Positions 8,717 through 17,826 of a stretch of 64,000 nucleotides of DNA are shown in pieces (the stretch's first letter is position 1; the number at the start of each line of letters is the position of its first letter). A program made the position numbers and the translations under genes. Source of the stretch: an uncultured Actinomyces sp. (lineage in GTDB: Bacteria; Actinomycetota; Actinomycetes; Actinomycetales; Actinomycetaceae); the NCBI GenBank assembly GCA_902373435.1, contig CABKMD010000001.1:20500-84499 (forward strand). Reading direction: 5' to 3'. Under the pieces are notes generated by a model. It ran no database searches, was not told where the DNA came from, and saw only the letters and a program-made list of their open reading frames with translations.

Positions 8717-9535
8717 TCAGTTGGATGCGGGCTGGACGTAACGGATCAGGTCACCAATTCCGTTGTAGATACGGTAGGGACGGTAGGGGAAGTTCGCCAC
8801 GTCATCAGAGTGCGTCGAACCCGAGAGCACCAAGAAGGTCCTCATGCCCGCCTCGACACCTGCGCGGACATCCGTATCCATGCGGTCGCCAACCATCGCA
8901 GCTTGTTCGGAGTGGGCACCGATCTTGTTGAGGCCGGCGCGAATCATGACGGGGTTTGGCTTACCAACAAAGTAGGGAGCCTTGCCGGTCGCTGCTTGGA
9001 TCATTGCTGCGATGGAACCTGCTGCGGGTAGGGTTCCTTCATCGGAAGGGCCCGAGACATCCGGGTTGGTTGCAATGAACTTTGCACCGCGTTCGATCAG
9101 ACGGATTGCCGTGGTGAGCGCGTAGAAGTCATAGAAGCGGGTCTCTCCAAGAACGACGTATTCCGGATCCTGGTCGGTCATGACGTAGCCCGCGGTGTGC
9201 AGGGCAGTTGTCAGTCCGGCCTCGCCAATGACATAAGCCGTGGAGTTGGGGGACTGCTGGGAGAGGAATGCAGCAGTCGCATTGGCAGAGGTCCAAATGT
9301 GTTCTTCGGGGACCTTCAGGCCTGAGTTCGCAAGCCGGGCAGAAAGGTCACGGTTTGTGAAGATCGAATTGTTCGTGAGAACCAGGAAAGGGATCCCATT
9401 TTCTTCCAACGCAGAGATGAAGTCCTGAGCACCGGGAAGAGCGCGATTTTCTTTTACAAGAACGCCGTCCATATCCGACAGCCATGCGCTAATTGGGGGC
9501 ATATCCGACAGTGCGGTGGAAAGTGAATTCGTCAT
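8717..9535 (-). CDS. HAD-superfamily hydrolase, subfamily IIA (NagD-like sugar-phosphate phosphatase).
   Basis: DxDG motif I (LSDMDGVL). Motif II has the catalytic Thr in LVLTNNS, and GDRMDTDV is the terminal metal-binding Asp motif (motif IV), typical of HAD-IIA. Confidence 0.8.
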   Translation of the reverse strand: MTNSLSTALSDMPPISAWLSDMDGVLVKENRALPGAQDFISALEENGIPFLVLTNNSIFTNRDLSARLANSGLKVPEEHIWTSANATAAFLSQQSPNSTAYVIGEAGLTTALHTAGYVMTDQDPEYVVLGETRFYDFYALTTAIRLIERGAKFIATNPDVSGPSDEGTLPAAGSIAAMIQAATGKAPYFVGKPNPVMIRAGLNKIGAHSEQAAMVGDRMDTDVRAGVEAGMRTFLVLSGSTHSDDVANFPYRPYRIYNGIGDLIRYVQPASN

Positions 9536-9581
9536 GCATCTAATGTATCTGTTTGCGGGTTCATTCGGTAGGAAGAAGGCG

Positions 9582-10205
9582 ATGATGGACGCAAACTCTC
9601 AGCCAGAAGTGGGCGTTGGCCCCTGGCTTGGCGGCCCCGAGAACTGGCCGAGCGATGATGTCTACGATCCCCAGCTCCTTGCCGATGGTGATCGGCGCAA
9701 TGTCGAGGACCGCTACCGTTATTGGAAAATGGAGGCGATTATCGCTGATATCGCTGCCCACGCACTTCCCTTTGAGATTGCCATCGAGAATCTGGGACAC
9801 GACTTCAATATCGGCTCAATCGTTCGAAGCGCGAATGCTCTGGGAGTCAGCCGCGTACATATCGTTGGAAGGCGGCGCTGGAATCGGCGTGGCGCAATGG
9901 TCACGGACCGATACCTAGATGTCGTCCACCACAGCGATGTCACGGAATTCGCTGATTCGGTTCGCGAAAGAGGATTGTCGCTGGTTGGCATTGACAATGT
10001 GCCAGGTTCAATTCCGCTGGAAGGTCACCAGCTTCCCGCTCAGGCATGCCTGATATTTGGGGAAGAATCCAGTGGTTTGAGCGAAGAAATGCGCGCGCAG
10101 TGCGGCGAGATCCTCCACATCACGCAGCGCGGTTCGACTCGCTCAATGAACGTGGGCCACGCCGCGGCAATCGCCATGTGGGCGTGGGTGATTCAGCACT
10201 CTTAA
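9582..10205 (+). CDS. TrmH/SpoU-family RNA 2'-O-methyltransferase.
   Basis: SPOUT motifs (IGSIVRSANALGV, LIFGEESSGLS, SMNVGHAAAIAMW). The internal ATG was chosen to avoid overlap with the HAD gene. Confidence 0.75.
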   Translation: MMDANSQPEVGVGPWLGGPENWPSDDVYDPQLLADGDRRNVEDRYRYWKMEAIIADIAAHALPFEIAIENLGHDFNIGSIVRSANALGVSRVHIVGRRRWNRRGAMVTDRYLDVVHHSDVTEFADSVRERGLSLVGIDNVPGSIPLEGHQLPAQACLIFGEESSGLSEEMRAQCGEILHITQRGSTRSMNVGHAAAIAMWAWVIQHS

Positions 10206-10951
10206 GCGCGAGCCAGGGCCTCGGCGGGAAAATCTTGTACGCGGTCGGTAAAGATCCCGCTGACTCCCCATTTCGCGGCTGTGCGTGCATCCTCAAGAGA
10301 ATTGACGGTCCAGGCGTTCACTTCGAAGCCAACGCTCAGCATCTCGCTCACCTCAACCTCGGTCAGCCCTTCCCAAGCGGGATGGATGGCGCTGCATCCA
10401 AGATCGGCAGCCTGACGCCAGGAACCATTAGTGACCTCATCGCGACGGCACAGCCAGGCCAGTGGAAGCTCGGGCATCGCCTGACGGATTGCGCCGAGCA
10501 GTTCGTGGTCGAAGGAAGAAATCAGCAGCCCACTCTTATTTTTGAAGGACTGTAGTGCAACCTCAAGGTTTTCAACCAATGTATCGCGGCGTTTCCCCGC
10601 GGCTCGAGGCTTCAGTTCAATATTGAAGGATGTCTGCGTCGCATTCGCAAAAGACACCACATCGGCCAGCTCAGGAATGCGTTCAAAACGGTAGGTCGGA
10701 GAAAACCATGCACCCGCATCAAGTCGGCGCAGTTCCCCGTAGCCCCAGGAATCCCAAGAACCGGAAGAATTCGTTGTGCGGTCGACCGTATCATCGTGGA
10801 TCACCAACAGCGTCCCATCAGCCATGACGCCCACATCGCATTCGCACCAGCGTGCGCCAATTTCCGAGGCTTTAGCGAAAGCTGCGATCGTATTCTCGGG
10901 CGCTAGGGTCGATGCGCCGCGATGGGCAATAATCTTTGGGAATTCGCTCAT
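10202..10951 (-). CDS. Glycerophosphodiester phosphodiesterase (GDPD/UgpQ family).
   Basis: Contains IIAHRG plus the E..D..H catalytic pattern (ECDV, VIHDD). The aagga RBS sits 8 nt before ATG 10951. Confidence 0.8.
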   Translation of the reverse strand: MSEFPKIIAHRGASTLAPENTIAAFAKASEIGARWCECDVGVMADGTLLVIHDDTVDRTTNSSGSWDSWGYGELRRLDAGAWFSPTYRFERIPELADVVSFANATQTSFNIELKPRAAGKRRDTLVENLEVALQSFKNKSGLLISSFDHELLGAIRQAMPELPLAWLCRRDEVTNGSWRQAADLGCSAIHPAWEGLTEVEVSEMLSVGFEVNAWTVNSLEDARTAAKWGVSGIFTDRVQDFPAEALARA

Positions 10952-11000
10952 TGTTGTATCCTTCATGTCTTCACAACACGTGCCGAGGCCATATAAGGGT

Positions 11001-12422
11001 CTAGAAGTAATCATCGACGGGAATCAATCCAATCCCCGGGACAAATTGCATCTTTGGGCGACCCGGACTCGCTTCGGTCTCGTCCGCTTTCCCGTGCATT
11101 CCGTCAATTCCCGCGCGCTCTTCTTCGCGGCTGAAACCCTCTTCTTCAGTGAGCGTTTCCATCTCCGAGGCCGCCGTGCCTTCGTCAGGTTGGGCCATCA
11201 GCGCAGGATCCAGCAGCATCGCTTCGTCACGCTTGGTCGGAAGAATGCTCTTGACGTAGGACTCAATCGCCTCATCTTGGGGGATATCGCGCCCGGCTTC
11301 TTCGGCCAAATACCAGCGGTGTTCAAGGAATTCGTGGAAGATCTGTGCGGGTTCAAGCTTCGCAGCAAGTTCGGCGGGAACAGCGCTGATGACGGGTTCG
11401 AAAACTTCGTTCATCCACTCGTGCGCAACGATTTCCAGTGGGGTCTTGTTCTTCCCGGTCATTGCACGGTAGGTCTCGATGTCATTGAGCATTCGCTGCG
11501 CCTGATTTTCGCCAACATCCATACCGGTCAAGCGCATGAGCTTTCGGTGATGGTGGCCGGCGTCGACGACCTTCGGGGTGATGATTATGTGGGTACCATC
11601 AAGATCCGAGGACATTTGAAGTTCTCCGACCTCGAAGCCCAGGTCATTGAGACGGCGGATACGTTGAGCAACACGCCATTTTTGGTTGGTTTCGATGACT
11701 TCAGGGCCCGTGAGTTCATTCCAGAGCTCAAGGTAGCGTGAACGAATGCGGTCGCCAACTTCGATGGGGTCTTCTTCGCTGGGGAAGAAAGAACCGGCCT
11801 GCAGGTCCATGAGTTCGCCGATGATGTTGGTGCGCGCAAGATCAACGTCGTATAGGCGCTGTCCTTCGGTTAGGGAAGGATGGATTTCACCGGTTTCTGC
11901 GTCGACGAGGTAGGCAGAAAATGATCCGGCATCGCGCCTGAATAGGGTGTTCGACAGTGAAACATCGCCCCAATAGAAGCCCAGAAGATGGAGGCGAACA
12001 AGAAGGACAGCCAAAGCATCAATTAAGCGTCCCGCGGTGTCTGGCGTCATGTGCTGCGAGAAGACCGCGCGGTAGGGAAGAGAGAACTGAAGGTGTTCGG
12101 TAACCAGCACAGCCGCAAGTTCTTCACCAAAGGCATCGCGTCGCCCGGTGATGACTGCAGTGGGGAGGACGGAAGGTGCACCTAGACGCGACAGATTTCG
12201 AAGGAGCTCATATTCGCGGTATGCGACGCTTTCGCCGATTTCCTTGACCGCGATGACCCTGTCGGAAAGGTTGACGAAACGGACGACGTGGCGAGAGATG
12301 CCGCGAGGAAGAGCAGCAAGGATCTCCGTCGGCCAGTCTTCAAGGGGGATATCCCAAGGTAAGTCCAACAGTGCGGGGTCAACCGTCGCTGCTGTGATCT
12401 CAAGCGTTGAGGGAATGGGCAT
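11001..12422 (-). CDS. Conserved actinobacterial kinase-fold protein (Kdo/WaaP lipopolysaccharide-kinase-like N-terminus with a DUF4032-like C-terminal region).
   Basis: Long GC-rich ORF with an N-terminal protein-kinase-like segment. The assignment is from memory of the family architecture. Confidence 0.5.
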   Translation of the reverse strand: MPIPSTLEITAATVDPALLDLPWDIPLEDWPTEILAALPRGISRHVVRFVNLSDRVIAVKEIGESVAYREYELLRNLSRLGAPSVLPTAVITGRRDAFGEELAAVLVTEHLQFSLPYRAVFSQHMTPDTAGRLIDALAVLLVRLHLLGFYWGDVSLSNTLFRRDAGSFSAYLVDAETGEIHPSLTEGQRLYDVDLARTNIIGELMDLQAGSFFPSEEDPIEVGDRIRSRYLELWNELTGPEVIETNQKWRVAQRIRRLNDLGFEVGELQMSSDLDGTHIIITPKVVDAGHHHRKLMRLTGMDVGENQAQRMLNDIETYRAMTGKNKTPLEIVAHEWMNEVFEPVISAVPAELAAKLEPAQIFHEFLEHRWYLAEEAGRDIPQDEAIESYVKSILPTKRDEAMLLDPALMAQPDEGTAASEMETLTEEEGFSREEERAGIDGMHGKADETEASPGRPKMQFVPGIGLIPVDDYF

Positions 12423-12525
12423 GGCTCTATTGTCTCATTCATTGCACGATAGGGCACGGGGCCCGCAACCGTGTGGTTGCGGGCCCCGTGGTTTAGCCCT
12501 TAGTAGCGTCTAGACGCCGAGTAGG

Positions 12526-13656
12526 TCACTCGGGCAGGCGCTCGCCGGTGGACGCAGAGAAGTTGTGCTGCTGTCCTTCCTTGATGCGGGTGTGGATCAC
12601 GCCGCCAGGCTTGGGAGCGGTGCGCGGAGGAACGCGGACGATGAGCTGTTCGCCCTTGCCTTCGCTGCCGGAACCCAGACCGTGGCCGGAATCTGCACCT
12701 GCCAGGTGGCCGTAGATGTAGGCATCCGAACCCAGTTCCTCAACGAACTCAACTTCGATCGGAATGGTGTTTTCAGTTTCTGCAGAAACGACCTCGAGGC
12801 CCTCGGGACGGAAGCCGATCGTGATCTTGCCTTCGTCTTCGGGAACCATGGCATCCAGGGTTGCCTGCGACAGCGGAACCTCTGCGGTGCCGAGTTTCGC
12901 GACATTGCCTTCAACCTTGAACTTGCCGAGGTTCATGGCGGGGGAGCCGATGAAGCCTGCGACGAATTCGTTGGCGGGGCGTTCGTACATTTCCTGCGGG
13001 GTGCCGACCTGCTGGAGGAGACCGCCTGCGAGAACCGCGATGCGGTCGCCCATCGTCAGAGCCTCGGTCTGGTCGTGGGTCACGTAGACCGTAGTGACAC
13101 CGAGTTCGCGCTGCAGCGAAGCGATCTGCGTACGAGTCTGGACACGGAGCTTGGCGTCCAAGTTGGACAGAGGCTCATCCATGAGGAAGACCTGAGGCTT
13201 ACGGACGATTGCGCGGCCCATAGCAACACGCTGACGCTGACCACCGGAGAGAGCCTTGGGCTTGCGGTCCAAGTAGGGCTCCAGGTCAAGGATGCGTGCG
13301 GCTTCTTCAACGCGCTTGTTGATTTCATCCTTGGGGGTGCCTGCGATCTTCAGTGCGAAGCCCATGTTCTCGCGAACGGTCATGTGCGGGTACAGAGCGT
13401 AGTTCTGGAAGACCATTGCGATGTCGCGGTTCTTCGGCTGTACGTCGGTGACGTCCTTATCGCCAATGAAGATACGGCCGGAGTTCACGTCTTCAAGACC
13501 TGCGAGCATTCGCAGGGACGTGGACTTGCCACAACCGGAAGGACCGACGAGAACCAGGAATTCACCATCCTGAATCTCAAGATCGAGCTGGTCGACAGCG
13601 GGCTTATCTGACCCGGGGTAGATTCGGGTTGCCTTATCGAAAGTTACAGTTGCCAT
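12526..13656 (-). CDS. msiK: Orphan multiple-sugar ABC transporter ATP-binding protein (MsiK/MalK/UgpC type) with a C-terminal TOBE/MalK regulatory domain.
   Basis: Walker A GPSGCGKST, signature LSGGQRQRV, Walker B FLMDEPLSNLD. No adjacent permease, as is typical for MsiK. The ggtggagg RBS precedes ATG 13656. Confidence 0.85.
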   Translation of the reverse strand: MATVTFDKATRIYPGSDKPAVDQLDLEIQDGEFLVLVGPSGCGKSTSLRMLAGLEDVNSGRIFIGDKDVTDVQPKNRDIAMVFQNYALYPHMTVRENMGFALKIAGTPKDEINKRVEEAARILDLEPYLDRKPKALSGGQRQRVAMGRAIVRKPQVFLMDEPLSNLDAKLRVQTRTQIASLQRELGVTTVYVTHDQTEALTMGDRIAVLAGGLLQQVGTPQEMYERPANEFVAGFIGSPAMNLGKFKVEGNVAKLGTAEVPLSQATLDAMVPEDEGKITIGFRPEGLEVVSAETENTIPIEVEFVEELGSDAYIYGHLAGADSGHGLGSGSEGKGEQLIVRVPPRTAPKPGGVIHTRIKEGQQHNFSASTGERLPE

Positions 13657-13865
13657 ATTGAACCTCCACCGGCGGTACGTGCCGGACGATCCTTTGTAGA
13701 GACCAGACGACAGCGTCTTCACTGCCGCCGCGCTTGCCCCACATCAGATGTGAAGTTCGCACTCGCTCACCATAGCACCGCTTGTCGTACAAATTCCAGC
13801 CCCATTTGTTGTCGACAGTGCACGTGAGGCCTGAAATTCGTCAACCATTCGCTAGGCTTGGGGTG

Positions 13866-15746
13866 ATGCGTGAGCAAGACATGATTGGTGGGTACCGCCT
13901 TCTCAAGCGCCTGGGCGCGGGAGGCGCTGCCACCGTGTGGCTTGCCTGTGACGAGGCCGGAGAACGTGTTGCGTTAAAAATCCTTCACCCCGCCTTGGCT
14001 GCTGATGAGGACTATCGCGAGCGTCTCCTACGCGAAGCTCGGACGGTTAACTCGATTCGCGGTGGAGGGGTTGCGCACATCTTAGATATTGAGATCGATG
14101 CCACCCAACCCTTCGTCGTCAGTGAATACATTCCCGGTCCGACACTGTCTGAACTGCTTGCCAGAGGAGCGCTGAACATCGGTGGTGTTGCCGCAATCGG
14201 TGGCGCCCTTGCTCAGACCCTTGAAGATGTTCATGCGCGCCGGATTATTCATCGCGATGTCAAAGCCTCCAATGTCATCTGTTCGCCTCGTGGCCCCGTG
14301 CTCATTGACTTCGGTATCGCGATGGGACAGGACGAGGCTCGGCTGACCCAAACCGGCCTCGTTTCCGGTACCGCGGGCTATACCGCACCCGAATTGCTCA
14401 GGGGAGGGCGGGCCTCGGCGGCTACGGACTGGTGGGGCTGGACGGCCACTCTGTTGACTGCGCTCACCGGCCGACCTCCCTACGGGGAAGGCGCCACAGA
14501 AGGGATTTTGGACCGAGTCCTCAAAGGCGAACCCGATACGCGAGGACTTGATCCGCGAGTTGCCTCGCTCATGCGCATGGCTCTGCATCCCGACCCTCAT
14601 GTGCGCCCAAGCCCCGATCAGGTTGTTCGAGAGCTGGCTCAGTGGGGTAGGTTCCTCCTCAGCGACATGGCAGTCTATGGCGGCTCTATGGCGTGGGAAG
14701 GTCTTAATTGGGCCCGTCTTCTTGCACCTGCAACATCCTCGCAGGCACCTACCGTGGTGGCCGGCCTGAGTGAGCGCGATGAAGGCGAAGAGCGCTTTGC
14801 CTCTGAGAGCGAGCGTACTTCGGTCCTTGATCCTTCAGAGGCGGATGCGACTCGCGTGATGGAGAGCGGTTACGCAGAGGATCCCTCCTATGTCGATCCC
14901 GAGGCCACGCAGGTGTATCCCCAGACCGTTGCCGACTCGCGGGGTTGGGAAGGCAGAAGCGGGGGAGGGGAAACTGCTTATTTGCCCCCCATCGCCCCTA
15001 CGGCCTCGTCAATGGGAACAAGCTATCTTCCCGCAGAGGATGGTTACCGTCAGGCGGCAATACCCCCGAATGTCGAGTTTGTGGCGGAACAACGTCATTA
15101 CGAGTGGCAGCACCTGAAAACAGCGAATTTCATCGGACTCATCGCGCTGGCTGCGCTTGCTCTTGCACCTATATATATGGGGATGGCTGGGCTCATTCTT
15201 GTCGGCGTGATCACTGCTATTTTCGCGGTGTTGGGCGGTGCATACAGATGGCGTGAAAACCGCCGGATCCGCAATCAAGAGGTTCGTTCCAGTGACAACT
15301 GGGCAGCGCTTGGAATGCTTCCCTTTACGGGACTCGGAGCGATACTGTCGACGGCAATTGGCCTTTTCCCGGGGACGGCACTGGCTTGGGGGCAGTGGGT
15401 TCTCTTCTCACGAGATTTCTACGCAGAGATCGGCTGGTCAATTTACTCGGGCTTTTTTGCAACCAGGTTGGGAAATCCCGGCATCTCGTGGTTCCCTCTG
15501 GTCGTAACTGGGCAAACACCCATTCACTCTGATTCTTGGCTAGCAATGAATCCATCCTGGGTTCTGCTGACGTGGGTACTGACAACGATTTCCCTGTGGG
15601 GAATGTGGGTGATGCCTACGGGGCGGCCGCTTCGTACTGGCCTGAGTGTGGCTGTGCGGGTCTGTGCGCCGAGAGTGTGGATGCAGGTCATCCTTGGGCT
15701 GCTTGGTGTGCTCGCTATTGCTCTTATTCTCGCGGGAAATTTCTAA
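13866..15746 (+). CDS. Ser/Thr protein kinase with an acidic linker and a C-terminal polytopic membrane domain.
   Basis: GxGxxG (LGAGGAATV), VALK, HRDVKASN, DFG and APE motifs. There are several hydrophobic helices in the last roughly 200 aa. Confidence 0.85.
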   Translation: MREQDMIGGYRLLKRLGAGGAATVWLACDEAGERVALKILHPALAADEDYRERLLREARTVNSIRGGGVAHILDIEIDATQPFVVSEYIPGPTLSELLARGALNIGGVAAIGGALAQTLEDVHARRIIHRDVKASNVICSPRGPVLIDFGIAMGQDEARLTQTGLVSGTAGYTAPELLRGGRASAATDWWGWTATLLTALTGRPPYGEGATEGILDRVLKGEPDTRGLDPRVASLMRMALHPDPHVRPSPDQVVRELAQWGRFLLSDMAVYGGSMAWEGLNWARLLAPATSSQAPTVVAGLSERDEGEERFASESERTSVLDPSEADATRVMESGYAEDPSYVDPEATQVYPQTVADSRGWEGRSGGGETAYLPPIAPTASSMGTSYLPAEDGYRQAAIPPNVEFVAEQRHYEWQHLKTANFIGLIALAALALAPIYMGMAGLILVGVITAIFAVLGGAYRWRENRRIRNQEVRSSDNWAALGMLPFTGLGAILSTAIGLFPGTALAWGQWVLFSRDFYAEIGWSIYSGFFATRLGNPGISWFPLVVTGQTPIHSDSWLAMNPSWVLLTWVLTTISLWGMWVMPTGRPLRTGLSVAVRVCAPRVWMQVILGLLGVLAIALILAGNF

Positions 15747-15887
15747 CTGGGCGGTTGTAGATCGTCTGCGGGGGACGGTTATGTCAATGTCCTTCTGGAA
15801 TTAAACGCGTAGCATCAGCGTTGGCATTGTGCGTCGGTGAGTAATGCTCGCTAGGCTTGGATGCACATCAACAGAAAGGCCCAGACA

Positions 15888-16739
15888 ATGGCAAAGCCGT
15901 CTCGCTCGCAGGAAGTGCGTGAGAAAGCTCAGCAACTGCGTGAGCAACAGGCACGTGCGGATCGCCGAACCCGAAACATCATCATCGGACTGGTCGTACT
16001 GATTCTTGTTGTGATCATTGGCGCGATCGCTGCGGTGATCATTCAGTCGAACCACAAGAAGGCTCAGGACAGCCAAGCTGCGACCGCCGCCATCGGTTCC
16101 TACGGGGACGGCGGACCGATTGTGGTTTCTCACTTGGGCATTGGCAAGATCGATGAATCCCTTCCGACGCTGACGGAATACTTTGATTACTCCTGCCACG
16201 TCTGCGCAGCCTATGACGTTGCCTTCGGTGAACAAGCCACTCAAGATGCTCTCGATGGCAAATTCAACATCAAGTACCAGCCGGTGAATACGGTGAAGGC
16301 GCCCTATCAGTACGCCGCAACGACCGCTTCTTTGATCGCCGCGCAAAAGGTCGATGCTCAGACCTGGGGCAAGTTCCACAATGCGCTTCTTGCCTACTTC
16401 AACGAGGCCTACAACTCGGGTAATGGTTCCGTTGTCCAGGACCTGTCGAAGTCGGCCAAGCAGGTCAAGACCATTGCATCGCAGGTTGGAATTCCTGAGG
16501 ATGTTGTGAATTCCTTCCCCGAGAATGGCGTTGATGAATACCTGACCAAGACCACTCAGGCGTGGGGAAATGCCACCTACGAGGGTCGCAGTCCCAATTC
16601 CTTGGGTACTCCCGAGTTTGTTATCAATGACAAGACTGCTCTGGACTTCTCGAAGCTTGGTGTGACCAAGGTCGATGGTATCTACCCGGCAATTCAGCAG
16701 CAGCTTGCTGCCGCGGGAACGGCGTCTGCTTCGAAGTAA
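15888..16739 (+). CDS. Membrane-anchored DsbA-family thiol:disulfide oxidoreductase.
   Basis: N-terminal TM helix and a thioredoxin-fold CHVC active site (YFDYSCHVCAAYD). Confidence 0.7.
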   Translation: MAKPSRSQEVREKAQQLREQQARADRRTRNIIIGLVVLILVVIIGAIAAVIIQSNHKKAQDSQAATAAIGSYGDGGPIVVSHLGIGKIDESLPTLTEYFDYSCHVCAAYDVAFGEQATQDALDGKFNIKYQPVNTVKAPYQYAATTASLIAAQKVDAQTWGKFHNALLAYFNEAYNSGNGSVVQDLSKSAKQVKTIASQVGIPEDVVNSFPENGVDEYLTKTTQAWGNATYEGRSPNSLGTPEFVINDKTALDFSKLGVTKVDGIYPAIQQQLAAAGTASASK

Positions 16740-16787
16740 AGGCGATGTGATCCCCTAGGGTGATCGCGCTTTGGACCTTAAAGTGTT

Positions 16788-16830
16788 AGGGCGCGTGCGT
16801 GACCTTGTCGCGTACGCGCCCTTTCTTTGT
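16788..16830 (+). terminator. Stem-loop (agggcgcgt ... acgcgccct) followed by ttctttgt downstream of the dsbA-like gene.
   Basis: 9-bp GC stem plus a T-rich run, read directly. Confidence 0.45.
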
Positions 16831-16968
16831 CGCTATGGGGGATGGTGCCCGTGCGTAGCGTTTTCGTATTGATGCTCAGCTTGTTTTGAGGGCCTAAAGG
16901 TGGCGTGTGAGCCACATTGCGGTTTTTAATTCGTCTTTGCGGCCTCAGTCATGGCACACTATGTGGGT

Positions 16969-17044
16969 TGCCACCTTAGCTCAGTTGGTAGAGCACCCGC
17001 CTTGTAAGCGGACGGTCGTCGGTTCGAGTCCGACAGGTGGCTCC
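16969..17044 (+). tRNA. tRNA-Thr (anticodon TGT).
   Basis: Acceptor stem 7 bp (gccacct/aggtggc), D-loop agctcagttggtagagc, anticodon loop cttgtaa, T-loop ggttcgagtcc, discriminator t and an encoded CCA. Length 76 nt. Confidence 0.85.
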
Positions 17045-17216
17045 ATTTTTTTATCCGGGAGACCGACTCCTCTTTTTCCCTGTGTTTTCAAGCTTTCGAA
17101 ATGTTTTTGAATCTCATAAATTTAGGTTGTCGAAGCAGCAATTGCTCCGTTGGCGCGGTAAATTTGCAATTGTCGATCCAGATTACGCAAAGGCGCGCCT
17201 AGTTGACAGGAGAGAG

Positions 17217-17612
17217 ATGGATGGACTCATCTCATTTGGTCTAGGACTCTTAACGTTTGTTGCCGCATTCTGCTTGGCTGGTCTAGCGCGAGCGATGCGA
17301 AATGACAAATTGCCGCCGAATATGTGGGCGGGAATCAGGACGAAGGCAGCATCAGAGTCGGAGTCGTCCTGGTATCAGGTTCAACGAGCAGGTTCAGTCC
17401 CACTCATTTGCTTAGCAGTTGCTTATGCAGATTCAGGTTTACTCTTCATTCTTCAAGGAATCTACCACGAGGTCATTTCTCCACTTATTCCGGTAGTTGT
17501 GTTTAGTGCACAAAGTCTCGTCGGAATTATATGGATATACAAGGCGAGCAGTAACTCCGATCCATCACAAAACCAGAGTGGAACCAGTGAGGTCTCCGAA
17601 AGAATTAAGTAA
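17217..17612 (+). CDS. SdpI/YhfL-family small membrane protein (homologue of a toxin-immunity/signal-transduction protein).
   Basis: Three to four TM helices and the family motif N-x-W-A-G-I-R-T ... S-E-x-S-W. Gene GC is about 45%, in a low-GC patch directly 3' of tRNA-Thr. Confidence 0.6.
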   Translation: MDGLISFGLGLLTFVAAFCLAGLARAMRNDKLPPNMWAGIRTKAASESESSWYQVQRAGSVPLICLAVAYADSGLLFILQGIYHEVISPLIPVVVFSAQSLVGIIWIYKASSNSDPSQNQSGTSEVSERIK

Positions 17613-17826
17613 AAAATGAATTCGGCCATCGTTGTGCCCCAAAAATATTGAGTCAGAAGCGGGACGTGACTTTGGAGCGTGCTCTAGCGAGCCTATGTGA
17701 GTGCGGCAGCCTCTCGAAGGTTGTGGGGTCTGCTGTATGCGTTGGAATCTTGTTTCCCAATACCCCCAGGGGTATTCTTGGAGGAGGCAAAGAAGACATT
17801 CCACCGAGCCAGAAAGCGAGCGGCAC

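Noticed and set aside
12565-13611. 348-aa plus-strand ORF opposite the MsiK-type ABC ATPase gene, and 10776-11741 opposite the GDPD and DUF4032-like genes.
   Set aside because: They are antisense to genes with clear Walker and GDPD motifs, so they are artefacts.
13782-13865. Upstream extension of the Ser/Thr kinase ORF (listed start 13782).
   Set aside because: The kinase glycine loop begins about 10 residues after Met 13866. The extension has no conservation and would lack an RBS.
17037-17216. N-terminal 60 codons of the listed 191-aa ORF upstream of the SdpI-like protein.
   Set aside because: The extension starts inside the tRNA-Thr 3' end and T-rich post-tRNA sequence. The internal ATG 17217 gives a sensible membrane-protein N-terminus.
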